This document shows positions 53,101 through 61,255 of a stretch of 64,000 nt of DNA, one piece after another. The position numbers and the translations under genes are program-made. The stretch comes from a virus, in the IMG/VR virus record IMGVR_UViG_3300035698_012408, one strand, 5' to 3'. Each line of letters starts with the position of its first letter. The first letter of the stretch is position 1. The notes beneath the pieces are model-generated. The model had not been told where the DNA came from. It searched no databases and saw nothing but the letters and a program-made list of their open reading frames with translations.

Positions 53101-54809
53101 CCTCTGCGAAAAAGATCCTCCATTACCTTGGGATTACCGTGCAAACCAGTGTTACCCAGCCACCACCGCAGCCCGGAATTCACCGACGTATCAATGTTCT
53201 CCCGGAAGACACGAGACTTGTGATCACTGAGCAGCCCACGAACACGCTCATAAGGATCGTCGCCCGCCCCGACGGGTTTGTCATGCTGCGTCCGCAGCCG
53301 TACATTCCAAGCGTTCGGATTGGAGGTGCCAAAAAACGCCTCACCGCGAGGATCATCCTGAGCGTGGGCATAACCTGCCGGAATCTCTCGTATGTCCTGC
53401 CGTGGCTGTGCAGACCGTCCTTCTCCGTATTCTCCGTACATCTTGCTGGCGTGGTCGTACATGCCCACCTTCTGCCCGAAGTAGTTCGTAGAGAATGCGC
53501 GGAGTCGCCGCGTCACTTCCTCCGTGTCACCCCGGACCATCGGATCTGACATGATAGAGTCTGTCCGCTTCCTGAAATACCGATCAGTCTCACGCAGCTT
53601 CGTGAAGGTTGGCGTGAGTACACCGCCATTCTCAGCGTTCACGGTGTCCGCAAAAACGTCTTCAGTAGCCAGCCTTGCCATCTCCTCAGTAAAGTTGCCA
53701 GGGGCAAACGAATCAAAGGTCGGTGTTGGGTTCGAGCGAGGAGCGTTCCTCCGTGCATCCCGAGCTTTCACGCTGCGTTTCAGATAGTCCAAGCTGTTGG
53801 CATAATCATGCTTCTTGTACCCCGACAGCGCCATATTCAGGCTGTGAGGATTGTCACTGTCATCACGGGACTGATGCTCGACCATAGTCCGCCAAGCCTC
53901 TTGCGCCCCGTCGTTCCCTCTCGCTCGATAGTCGTCATCCCACAGCTTCCGGTTGTTCTGCCAATCCTTCCAAGGGCCTTCACGGTATGCGTCGAGTGCC
54001 GTGTGCTGCTCTGGGGTCATCCGCCCCTCAGGCTCTCTGAAACGTCCCGAGAAGGCCACCGAGGAGTGGTCGAACTCCGGCTTGGCTTGCCGGTTGCTGT
54101 TGTAGCCCAATAGTTGCTGGAGCTGCTCCGGCGGGGCCGGCGGCGTGTAGTAGCCCATCTCGCGGTTCAGCTGCGGCGGTGGCTGGAGCTGGTCAAGCGT
54201 CGCCGGGGAGAACTGCATAGACTCGTCCACATGAGACTGATCACGTAGATTACCCAGTTGCGCGCCTTGTGGCATGCTGCCTGTCTGGTCCAGGTAGGAC
54301 GACTGCTCTGGGGCCTGTGTTGGATTAGGGGCCCGCGGGATGGGTTGGTTCGGCTGCCCGGCCCAATTGGTCGCCGGAGGCTGCGGACCCTGCACCGGGG
54401 GCTGGGCCGGTAGGGAATCAGGGAGATTTGGCTTGTAATCAGGGGTTTGAGCGTCCGAAATAAGCCGATTCGCCGGTCTCACGCCGTCCAGATTGGGATT
54501 ACGCCACGGATGCGTGTCCGGGGTGTACGGCGACTTCCCCGCAGCGATATTGTCCTGCATGTAGGGCGGCGGACCGATCGCACACTTCTCGAACTCTGCC
54601 GCTACTGCGGGATGGAAGTCGATAGCGTGCTGAATGGCAGAAAAGACCTCCCGATCGCTGTTAAGCCCAGCTTCCTTGCAGCGCAGCAGAAAACCGGCTA
54701 CAAATGCGGACTTTTCAGGCGTTACAGCCCGTAAATTGATAGCCGCAGCTGCGGATTGCAGCTCAGCAGTGGTTTGGGTCGGACCAATCAATGAGAAAGC
54801 GCCAGCCAT
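50163..54809 (-). CDS. giant (1548-aa) hypothetical protein with Pro-rich tandem repeats and a C-terminal membrane segment
   Basis: ATG at 54809 has an AAGGAGGG SD. N-terminal motif FVAGFLLRCKEAGL. Repeats are (QGPQQPGAPV)x5 and PTPPNTPTPPNT. TM-like segment VLLYGGAGVGLLGLVSAM...WLMALLGLAGAAYPL. Confidence 0.7.
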   Translation of the reverse strand: MAGAFSLIGPTQTTAELQSAAAAINLRAVTPEKSAFVAGFLLRCKEAGLNSDREVFSAIQHAIDFHPAVAAEFEKCAIGPPPYMQDNIAAGKSPYTPDTHPWRNPNLDGVRPANRLISDAQTPDYKPNLPDSLPAQPPVQGPQPPATNWAGQPNQPIPRAPNPTQAPEQSSYLDQTGSMPQGAQLGNLRDQSHVDESMQFSPATLDQLQPPPQLNREMGYYTPPAPPEQLQQLLGYNSNRQAKPEFDHSSVAFSGRFREPEGRMTPEQHTALDAYREGPWKDWQNNRKLWDDDYRARGNDGAQEAWRTMVEHQSRDDSDNPHSLNMALSGYKKHDYANSLDYLKRSVKARDARRNAPRSNPTPTFDSFAPGNFTEEMARLATEDVFADTVNAENGGVLTPTFTKLRETDRYFRKRTDSIMSDPMVRGDTEEVTRRLRAFSTNYFGQKVGMYDHASKMYGEYGEGRSAQPRQDIREIPAGYAHAQDDPRGEAFFGTSNPNAWNVRLRTQHDKPVGAGDDPYERVRGLLSDHKSRVFRENIDTSVNSGLRWWLGNTGLHGNPKVMEDLFRRGLAPIPVGQAPGAGFFFGQKTTAPGGERGNHILNLAPLGDEAAQYAANSYAVANDRRTGGDMARDIASNVGRGALNIPQALVALRTLGPLGGRMSAAATGENPDTGALGGLNDLISPILTPLREGINPHAARVGLHPNSAQGSLGDYGGQMREANRHPEEFARTLAMEDVNRGNSHNARQMLSNGDRLDELRAAAGAGDADAQTQLNQMSELTEYSAPRLMQGAIDQSLPQASREDMLQRMKYLGQLARDTRTGRAGARRDLSEGALESGPVGRGLKRMVGRGVEAAPQVAQSLAFGGLGKGIKGFQPTLNTLAKYQALAPAYEGIQIGIDGVPMPGGGNLGDYQQLGADRIREIGNQPGANIAQRMLTEAGAGVVEDLPSWAALRGMSGASQRIPGMNPSVTKGLKDLTIPLKWTAGGGAVQGMRENHQQQSGGTQRWLERTGVVEPANPADFAVDFDREQLATTPREALQTGGEQRVAEYAKQYKVMLTEQYGGQPGISEAQIEQAADMAAQQQAQQDLLRAYGREKQQSWVKMAAGVPTPPATLPPAEMLGNVPMATTLPQGTETFFPGATPNVPGPAAPAAAPPVEPVAAPPVSSVPPVTAPLTTPTPPNTPTPPNTPATPVAGPQQPAQPPAQPTPPPAPVQGPQQPGAPAQGPQQPGAPVQGPQQPGAPVQGPQQPGAPVQGPQQPEAGVEQNLPLRPIEGLFESMGIPGLVNEFPERAQEYLDQAGESITGLFADPDKQAIVQTVANDQPVPQVVTDDAAAALVAEGVPEEEVGGMLESMDTWEQVLLYGGAGVGLLGLVSAMTSKDGGGIGSWLMALLGLAGAAYPLARQGMFGEGVQGFVRDQFEPGAEEVYEAGSDVVSPPEPMSDAMKAAVKPMVAMALRGGQGGEHALEAVFNAVGPDQQEQLDRAAGFGSWGNSVIGFAGDVTGLRSGMMEDIVAPEQQDQFLDLWYKWRTSQAAATPANVAPATT
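51031..51180 (-). repeat. 30-bp in-frame tandem repeat, 5 copies
   Basis: TGCTGTGGTCCTTGAACCGGTGCCCCAGGC recurs at 51031, 51061, 51091, 51121 and 51151 with minor variation. It encodes QGPQQPGAPV. Confidence 0.9.
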
Positions 54810-54917
54810 CGCACACGCCCTCCTTGGGTGCAAAAGAGGTTGCTGCTGGGAACCAGCTTGGTCCCACGGTGTTAATCATACCCCAACTCTCACCGCAATG
54901 CGAGAGGAGTCAAGAAT

Positions 54918-54936
54918 ATCGCCCATTAAGGGCGAT
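54918..54936 (-). terminator. hairpin enclosing the cold-shock gene stop codon
   Basis: ATCGCCC-ATTAA-GGGCGAT forms a 7-bp stem, with the TAA stop in the loop. It is followed by ATTCTTGA on the minus strand. Confidence 0.35.
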
Positions 54937-55129
54937 CCACGTTGACAGCTCTGGGCCGCTCCCGTGATTCGTCAATCTCATAGACGACAGCGTCATCGAC
55001 CTCCAATTCGTCGAATAATGCCCGGTCCGCCACGCCTGTGGCGTGGAAAAAGACGTCCTTCCCACCGTCAGCCGGCTTCAGGAACCCAAACCCCTTCTCG
55101 TGGACTATCTTAACAATCGTGCCATTCAT
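54926..55129 (-). CDS. csp: cold-shock domain protein (CspA family)
   Basis: MNGTIVKIVHEKGFGFLKPADGGKDVFFHATGV contains RNP1 (KGFGF) and RNP2-like (VFFHA) motifs. 67 aa from the ATG at 55129. Confidence 0.85.
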   Translation of the reverse strand: MNGTIVKIVHEKGFGFLKPADGGKDVFFHATGVADRALFDELEVDDAVVYEIDESRERPRAVNVDRP

Positions 55130-55188
55130 TAGCTTATCATTCCCTCTTGGAACAGTTCCATTCCTGTTCTGCCGTTCCGACGACAGTA

Positions 55189-55902
55189 TCAATCAGTTTG
55201 CGGGGCCAACCCGCATTGTTCTATTTGGTCCGGTGCATACGGGCGGGTGGGACACATCAGGCTCGGCTTATCCGAGAAGCTCAGCAGCGGCGTCTTCGCC
55301 GTAAACATGTCGAACGTGTCCCAGTGATTCCGCAGCCACATGTCAACAGGGACGCGAGCGAACGCATACCCGTGATACAGCTTCTGCAACCTCCCCGTCC
55401 TGTTATAGAGATACCCCAAGCTGCCCCAGCCGTAAATACCAGAATACAGCAAACGCGTGGCCTCTTTTTTCCTGGGTCCCGACGTCCTGGGCTCCGGCCC
55501 TTCATTCCAGCCGTACTTGCGATCGAACAGGTTGATGGCGTCCCACGAGTCGAGCTGCTTAGCGTGTGCTATCAGCGTCAACAGCGATTTCCTGAACCCA
55601 ACAAGCGGGACCACGTCATCCTCCAGCACCACCAAGTGAGGCTGCTTGTATCGTGTGATAAAGTAGTACAACGCCTTCGAGTGCCCCTCCAGGCAGCTGC
55701 GACACCGCTGAAGATAATTGCTGTCTGTGATGTCGCCGCCCGGGCGGTCGTACATCCCCGTCATATAATTGCCATTGACCTGTTCCGGCGGCGGCGAACG
55801 GATGAAGTCGAAGGGCACGCCGACAGCCTTCATGTTCTCACGCATCATCTCTTGACGATCCGTGGCTCCCGGCACTGTCACAACTAATACTTTGCAATTC
55901 AT
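55189..55902 (-). CDS. glycosyltransferase family 25-like
   Basis: CLEGHSKALYYFITRYKQPHLVVLEDDVVP matches the GT25 pattern (Cys/His region followed by ilEDDv). ATG at 55902 has a GGAGG SD. Confidence 0.6.
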   Translation of the reverse strand: MNCKVLVVTVPGATDRQEMMRENMKAVGVPFDFIRSPPPEQVNGNYMTGMYDRPGGDITDSNYLQRCRSCLEGHSKALYYFITRYKQPHLVVLEDDVVPLVGFRKSLLTLIAHAKQLDSWDAINLFDRKYGWNEGPEPRTSGPRKKEATRLLYSGIYGWGSLGYLYNRTGRLQKLYHGYAFARVPVDMWLRNHWDTFDMFTAKTPLLSFSDKPSLMCPTRPYAPDQIEQCGLAPQTD

Positions 55903-55943
55903 CAAAATAACCTCCAGCGTCGCAGTGACGCCTGCCCCTTATT

Positions 55944-56951
55944 CTAACTTGCCCACCCCTGCACGTCGAGACGTGCTCGCACCGCAGGGATATATTTATA
56001 ACAAGCGTCTATGATGCACTTTGCAAAGTATTCGACATTGAGCCAATGCTTATCCATCGCCTTCAGGTACTCGTGGGCCGCCATAATGCGATCTCGCTGC
56101 AATAATTCCGGTGCTTCCTTGATGTCATCATAGAACAACGGGTAGCCCGTGCCAAGGTATTCTTCCAGTGCCGGCTTCCGATTTAGCAGGATTGGTGCTT
56201 CCCTCGCGATGCACTCAACCACCGTGTTCGTGGCCGTCACGCCCAGGTAATGGGCAAAGATCACGCTCGACGCTACCAGCTCATTGTACTCGGCATTCGG
56301 TATCCAGCCGTGCTCCTGCACCCGTGGAGGCCGTGGGCAGTCCCGATTGTGCTCCAAGCAGTGATGATGGGCGTTCCGCTGCCACGGGTACTGATGCTCC
56401 AGCAGACGATGCTTCTCGTAGCCGGGCGGCACCCGCATCGTGTAGATCTGCGACGTGTCGCGCAGGTACCAGCCGGTCTGCACTAGCCGCCGCTTCAGCT
56501 TGTCAGGGTCCCACTTCGGGACATCCAACCGCGTCGGATGCCTGATGGGCACGACTGGACACAGCCCCCACTTCTCCAGATGTGGTATCTGCGACTCGCT
56601 CATGGCGATGAGGAAGCTGCACTTCTCTCTCGCCGCGAACCAGCGATCCTGAATGGCCCCGGTGCATTTCGACCAATGCCCGAGCGGGTTGCACCACTGG
56701 TACCGTAGCGGGCGATCGGCCGGCAGATGGCAGACCCCGAACCACGTGTCGCACTGCGAACTATTCTGGAATATGCTCCAGTCAACCGGCAGCCCCAGCG
56801 TACGCTCCACTGCATCATCAAAGATCACCGTGCTGTCGACGTCGAACAGCGGTGCCAGATGCTTCTGAATCCAGGGCCACCCATCACAGTGGTCCCAATC
56901 CTTATGATGCGGATGATCCGGGACCTTCCGAAATATCTTCTCGACCGTCAT
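55944..56951 (-). CDS. possible glycosyltransferase (GT-B-like C-terminal signature); weak
   Basis: 335 aa. VTATNTVVECIAREAPILLNRKPALEEYLGTGYPLFYDD resembles the sugar-donor half of GT-B enzymes. Trp/His/Cys-rich N-terminal half. Confidence 0.3.
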   Translation of the reverse strand: MTVEKIFRKVPDHPHHKDWDHCDGWPWIQKHLAPLFDVDSTVIFDDAVERTLGLPVDWSIFQNSSQCDTWFGVCHLPADRPLRYQWCNPLGHWSKCTGAIQDRWFAAREKCSFLIAMSESQIPHLEKWGLCPVVPIRHPTRLDVPKWDPDKLKRRLVQTGWYLRDTSQIYTMRVPPGYEKHRLLEHQYPWQRNAHHHCLEHNRDCPRPPRVQEHGWIPNAEYNELVASSVIFAHYLGVTATNTVVECIAREAPILLNRKPALEEYLGTGYPLFYDDIKEAPELLQRDRIMAAHEYLKAMDKHWLNVEYFAKCIIDACYKYIPAVRARLDVQGWAS

Positions 56952-57420
56952 GCTCTCTGCTCCCTGCCATGCCTGCTGTTACTGTTTCAACGACGTTCTG
57001 CACTTCTCCAGCTTCGGGGATCTCCCCAGCCTCAACGATCATAACAGCCATCGTGAAGCCCTCACGCGATGACGAGGCCTCCAAGCAGCTGCGACCCTTC
57101 ACAGTATACCACTTGTTGTAAGACTCCTCCAGGAACTCGTTCAGATGCTTCGCACCGGCCTTCACGCCCTCAGTCTGCCACATGGCCATGAAGTCCGAGC
57201 ACATCGTCGCGGCCGCAACCTCTCCCATCCTTTCCGCACTTGGTGGGATGAGCCGTATCGAGATCTCATAACCGTTGAGCACCACGTTCAGCAGCAGCGA
57301 GTCGTACGGGTTGTCCCGTGACGTCACTGCCTCCAACATCATGCGATGCACGGCCCGATAGGTTACCTCCGCGAGTGCCCGCTCCTTCAACACCGCAATC
57401 TGTTCTTCAGTCGTCGTCAT
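56902..57420 (-). CDS. hypothetical protein
   Basis: ATG at 57420 has an AGGAGA SD at 6 nt. The track start at 57426 is too close to the SD. The 3' end overlaps the next gene by 50 nt. Confidence 0.5.
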   Translation of the reverse strand: MTTTEEQIAVLKERALAEVTYRAVHRMMLEAVTSRDNPYDSLLLNVVLNGYEISIRLIPPSAERMGEVAAATMCSDFMAMWQTEGVKAGAKHLNEFLEESYNKWYTVKGRSCLEASSSREGFTMAVMIVEAGEIPEAGEVQNVVETVTAGMAGSREHDGREDISEGPGSSAS

Positions 57421-57468
57421 GATCATTCTCCTGCTATAGCACTGCTTATTACGTAACCACGACGGCTG

Positions 57469-58197
57469 CTATCGGCCCTCGGGGAAACACGCTTCCGCTA
57501 CACCATCATAGACTTCTTTCATCAGAAGGTCCACCACGGCTTGTTCAGTTCCGTCCAAGTCTCGTGAGCCCGGCTTGCGTTTCAGCACGTGCTTCTTCGA
57601 CCATGTGTTGTTGCCATGCCAGAACCGGCAGTAGAGCGCCGGGTCGTTGTTCAGCACCCGCAGGCGGCCCTGATTCTTGTACTTCAGGAGGAACTCGGTG
57701 TCCTCGTGCTTGCCAAGAGCAGGGAAGCGAATGCCGTCCAGGGGCCAGAGCATGGTACCAGCGAACCCACCCACCCGGGACGACTTGCCGTTGTTGACGA
57801 ACGCCGACCCGTCAAACAGGTTGATGTGGACCTCCCGGCGGAAGATCGTCACTTCCTGCGTCACGAAGTTGGTCTGGCCCCGCTGCCATGCGATCCGGTG
57901 CGGCGTGGCATGATCGTCGTCGTCCCACTGCATCATGTAGGGTGAATCCGCCGTATCCATCGCGAGGTTCCGCAGCTCGCCCAGGGTCATCCCCTGCTCG
58001 GCAACGTGCAGCTCCTCAACATTTTGGTCGGCAAACTCGTTCGGCTCCAGCAGGGGGATGGGGTTGTCGTTGACAATCAGCAGCTTGGCTGTGACCCCCA
58101 AGAGCTGTTGCGCTAGGAAAGCCCCCACGGCACATCTCGCCATCGGGTACCGATTGACCGTCTTGCCCGTCACCATTACGCATGTGATGTCTACCAT
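57469..58197 (-). CDS. GT2-family (GT-A) glycosyltransferase
   Basis: The N-terminal ITCVMVTGKTVNRYPMARCAVGAFLAQ...LLIVNDN and the DxD-type MMQWDDDDH are typical of GT2. Strong AGGAGGACAAGAGG SD. Confidence 0.6.
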   Translation of the reverse strand: MVDITCVMVTGKTVNRYPMARCAVGAFLAQQLLGVTAKLLIVNDNPIPLLEPNEFADQNVEELHVAEQGMTLGELRNLAMDTADSPYMMQWDDDDHATPHRIAWQRGQTNFVTQEVTIFRREVHINLFDGSAFVNNGKSSRVGGFAGTMLWPLDGIRFPALGKHEDTEFLLKYKNQGRLRVLNNDPALYCRFWHGNNTWSKKHVLKRKPGSRDLDGTEQAVVDLLMKEVYDGVAEACFPEGR

Positions 58198-58969
58198 CCT
58201 CTTGTCCTCCTGGTTTGTGGATTATCCCGTTACCATCTGCTTGTTGGGCACACGCCCCACTGTTCGCAATTGCTGACCCGTATGACTCATCATGCTGGAA
58301 TAACGTCTGCGTCTCTTCCAGCACCAGGGTGTTCAGCCCGTTGGCCAAATACAGGTCACACGGCATCCCGCCGCCATCCTGGGCCGTGATCCATTTCTGC
58401 CTGCCGGTCTCACCAATTAGGTAGGCCAGACAGCCCTCGTGCCACTTCATGCCCGTCCTGGGCAGCTCACGCCAATGCGTAAAGTGTGTGACAGGATAGA
58501 GATAACACCCGCTGCCCGATGGCATCTCATCACTCTGTAGCTCCCCAAACCTCTTCCCAAATAACGTAGTCACTATTTTGAAGGTGCTCGGTTTCCTCAC
58601 GTGGAAGCTGACCGCCTCGTAGCGGCCGTTGGCCAGAAAGGCCTTGCAGCGGTTGACAATTCGTGTCCATTCCGCTGTTGGTACGGTGGGGTTGGCGTCA
58701 TCCTCGAAAATGAGCGTGTAGGGCGAGCTGGCGGCAGCGCACATGGCTTGGTGGCCTCGGAAGGCTCGATACTGCCGTAGAGCGTAGCCGTGGATGAATG
58801 GCCTGTCTGCGGTCCTGTCCATCAGGTTCTCTGGATGCGACTCGTAGAACTCCCAATCTGGGTTGCAGTGCTCGTTGTACGGGATGCCTGCGATGTCGAG
58901 CTGCTCCATCGTGATAGATGGCTTCTGCCCACAGGTCATCACAAATACTTCGATGTCCTTGTCTAGCAT
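58016..58969 (-). CDS. GT25-like glycosyltransferase; last ~60 codons are read-through into the GT2 gene
   Basis: RAFRGHQAMCAAASSPYTLIFEDDANP parallels the GT25-like gene at 55189. Over 58081-58140 the codon-position GC favours the GT2 frame (70% versus 50% GC3). Confidence 0.5.
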   Translation of the reverse strand: MLDKDIEVFVMTCGQKPSITMEQLDIAGIPYNEHCNPDWEFYESHPENLMDRTADRPFIHGYALRQYRAFRGHQAMCAAASSPYTLIFEDDANPTVPTAEWTRIVNRCKAFLANGRYEAVSFHVRKPSTFKIVTTLFGKRFGELQSDEMPSGSGCYLYPVTHFTHWRELPRTGMKWHEGCLAYLIGETGRQKWITAQDGGGMPCDLYLANGLNTLVLEETQTLFQHDESYGSAIANSGACAQQADGNGIIHKPGGQEDGRHHMRNGDGQDGQSVPDGEMCRGGFPSATALGGHSQAADCQRQPHPPAGAERVCRPKC

Positions 58970-58970
58970 C

Positions 58971-59384
58971 TCACACCTTCACTGCTTTTTTGAATAACAC
59001 CATGATGTCAGTTGTCAAGATCATCATATCCTCGATCGACGTGGCCATCCCGATCGCGGAGACAATTGGCCCTACCAATGCCAGCCGCTCTGCGGTATCC
59101 GCGTCTTGCAGATACAGTCGGCACCGTGGATGCCGCCTGTGTACCGGCAGAAATACTTCTTGCCAGTGATCCCACACGGGTGTCGGCATGATCAATCGAT
59201 TGATCTCGCAGACGGGCACCTTGTCTGGCGCACCGAGCCGCACGTACTCAGCCAGCCCGCCGGGCATCTCCCAGTCCACATGATCGCCGTCCCACCCGAT
59301 CCTCACCGTTGCAGTCCGAATCGCCATCGGGTACCGAACCCCTGGCACGCGGGTGCTTGCAAATGGTATCGTAATCGTGGGCAT
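58971..59384 (-). CDS. hypothetical protein
   Basis: 137-aa ORF with a GAGGAGAG SD. It is the first gene after a terminator-like hairpin. Confidence 0.5.
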   Translation of the reverse strand: MPTITIPFASTRVPGVRYPMAIRTATVRIGWDGDHVDWEMPGGLAEYVRLGAPDKVPVCEINRLIMPTPVWDHWQEVFLPVHRRHPRCRLYLQDADTAERLALVGPIVSAIGMATSIEDMMILTTDIMVLFKKAVKV

Positions 59385-59408
59385 CCAGGCTCTCCTCTAT
59401 CTACGAAC

Positions 59409-59431
59409 AAAGGCCGGAATATCCGGCCCTT
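59409..59431 (-). terminator. intrinsic terminator candidate
   Basis: Minus strand reads AAGGGCCGGA-TAT-TCCGGCCTTT, a 10-bp stem including one G-U pair, followed by GTTCG. A second hairpin, ACGGGG-TTGTCAT-CCCCGT, lies at 59489-59507 across the upstream stop codon. Confidence 0.5.
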
Positions 59432-59497
59432 GTAGCTGCTTGGATTAGCTGCGTCTCGACCTGCTAGCTGTTAGCTTAACAAAAGTCGACGGGGTTG

Positions 59498-61252
59498 TCA
59501 TCCCCGTTCAGCGAACGAGGTAGCAAATTGCACAACATCCGCCTTCTTCGTCAGCTTCTTCAGCCGTCTGTTGTGCGGCTGCGGCATGGCCTTCTTGCCC
59601 GTCTTGTGCGTCATGGAGTAACGCGGGGCCTTGGCACAAGCAGCTGCTTGCTTCTCTTCGTCTTCCTCGTCGTCCGAGCCAAACGCACTGTAGAGCCCGT
59701 AGGCCCCTAATCCGCCGAGACCGAGAGCCGCTGGGCCAAGCCAGCCACTGTCGGAGAGCTGTCGCGTCCAGGCGTCCGGGGCTTCGCCGCCGAGGTTCTC
59801 GAACCACTTCCGAGCTGTGTCGATCGAGTTCGACATCCAACCCCGATCTTGATCCGTGCCTGGGCGTGGTGCGCGATTGGATGTCTGCTGCCCCGCCACC
59901 ATATACGGCTTCTTGGCGTAGAACAGCGAGGCCAGCCCTCGGTCATCCGGGACATCTGCCATGCTGTTGGCATACGTGATGCCCTTCGGCAATGCTGACC
60001 CGGGCGTGGGTGTCGAGCGGGCTTGCATGGCCTTCTCATAGTTCTTCCACAGCCCGGGCATGGGTGTTGGCGGTGGCGTGTCTACCGGCGGTGTGAACGT
60101 AGGCGCCCCTGGCACATAGTTCGGCTGCGGTGGTGCTTGCAATGGTGGTGGCGAGCCCGTCGGCGCTGCACCATCCATCACCGGGCCTGCTAGCTTAGTG
60201 AGAGTCATGTCATTCTCCATTCCCTGGAGTAATAGGTTTGATTTATGAGCAGCCGTCTTGAGCTCCGACTTCTCTTCTTCGTCGTCTTCTTCCTCGGCCC
60301 CGCCGCCCATGTGGAGGAGCTTGTAAATTCCTAGAAGCCCCGCAGCTGTCACGCCGAGGCCAGCGGCGGCTCTCCACGGGTTGATCTCCGGTGGAGCCAG
60401 CCCTTGCAGTTTGTTGTAATATTTCTGCGTGAAGGTTGGTGCCCCGGTCACTTTGCTCCACCCGTAGCGAGCCCAGCCTGGAACGCCTTCAACGAGCGCA
60501 TGTGGCCCACCGTCCACTGTAGCATCCCAATAATCCTTCAGCGTGTTGGAGCCGCCACCAGCTGGCTGCCCGCCATTGCGTGCGTTCTCCATCCGCTTCT
60601 TCAACAACACCATTGACATGCTGGGGAACTCGTCCTCGTGCATTGCCCAGTTAGCACCATGATTATGGATATGATGTTCGGTGTTCGGATGACGGTAGGT
60701 GGTAAGCTGCGACTGCCCTGTCTCCGGCACGGCCACAAGGCTCTCCACGAACCCCATGCGTTCGAGATCCTCCAGCCCGACACCGCGACCACGCGATGAA
60801 ATGCCTTGCGGCGACTTGGCTGCAAATGCCTCATGCAACGATGCGGGAGGAGCTGGAGCAGCTGGGTTCGCTGTTGGTGCTGCTGTCCCAAGCGATGGGG
60901 TTGTTGGTGCTGCCGGCGCCGGTGCCGGCGCCGATGCCGCCGCAGTATTCGGAAACAGCACTCGCGGTAACAACGGATCGGGTGCGTCAGGATCAGTGTC
61001 CAGTCGCTGTGCATGCTCACTCAAATTGTAAACAGGCGACTGCTCATCCGACGTCACGCCGAAACGCCGCATCACGCCCTCGGCCGACAGCGGAGAGACC
61101 GTCTCATTGTAAGCCTCCCGCCACGGTTCGATGACACCTTCCCCGGGCTGTACCTTGTGCCCTTCGGGTGCCACAATACGTGGATCGAGGTAGGACGCCG
61201 CACCAACGGCAGTCGAGGCCAAATTGAACCCTTGTAAGAGTTGCGGAAGCAT
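59498..61252 (-). CDS. Pro-rich protein with two 'glycine-zipper TM plus acidic patch' modules
   Basis: 584 aa. WRAAAGLGVTAAGLLGIYKLLHMGGGAEEEDDEEEK and WLGPAALGLGGLGAYGLYSAFGSDDEEDEEK. GGAGG SD upstream. Confidence 0.6.
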   Translation of the reverse strand: MLPQLLQGFNLASTAVGAASYLDPRIVAPEGHKVQPGEGVIEPWREAYNETVSPLSAEGVMRRFGVTSDEQSPVYNLSEHAQRLDTDPDAPDPLLPRVLFPNTAAASAPAPAPAAPTTPSLGTAAPTANPAAPAPPASLHEAFAAKSPQGISSRGRGVGLEDLERMGFVESLVAVPETGQSQLTTYRHPNTEHHIHNHGANWAMHEDEFPSMSMVLLKKRMENARNGGQPAGGGSNTLKDYWDATVDGGPHALVEGVPGWARYGWSKVTGAPTFTQKYYNKLQGLAPPEINPWRAAAGLGVTAAGLLGIYKLLHMGGGAEEEDDEEEKSELKTAAHKSNLLLQGMENDMTLTKLAGPVMDGAAPTGSPPPLQAPPQPNYVPGAPTFTPPVDTPPPTPMPGLWKNYEKAMQARSTPTPGSALPKGITYANSMADVPDDRGLASLFYAKKPYMVAGQQTSNRAPRPGTDQDRGWMSNSIDTARKWFENLGGEAPDAWTRQLSDSGWLGPAALGLGGLGAYGLYSAFGSDDEEDEEKQAAACAKAPRYSMTHKTGKKAMPQPHNRRLKKLTKKADVVQFATSFAERG

Positions 61253-61255
61253 CAG

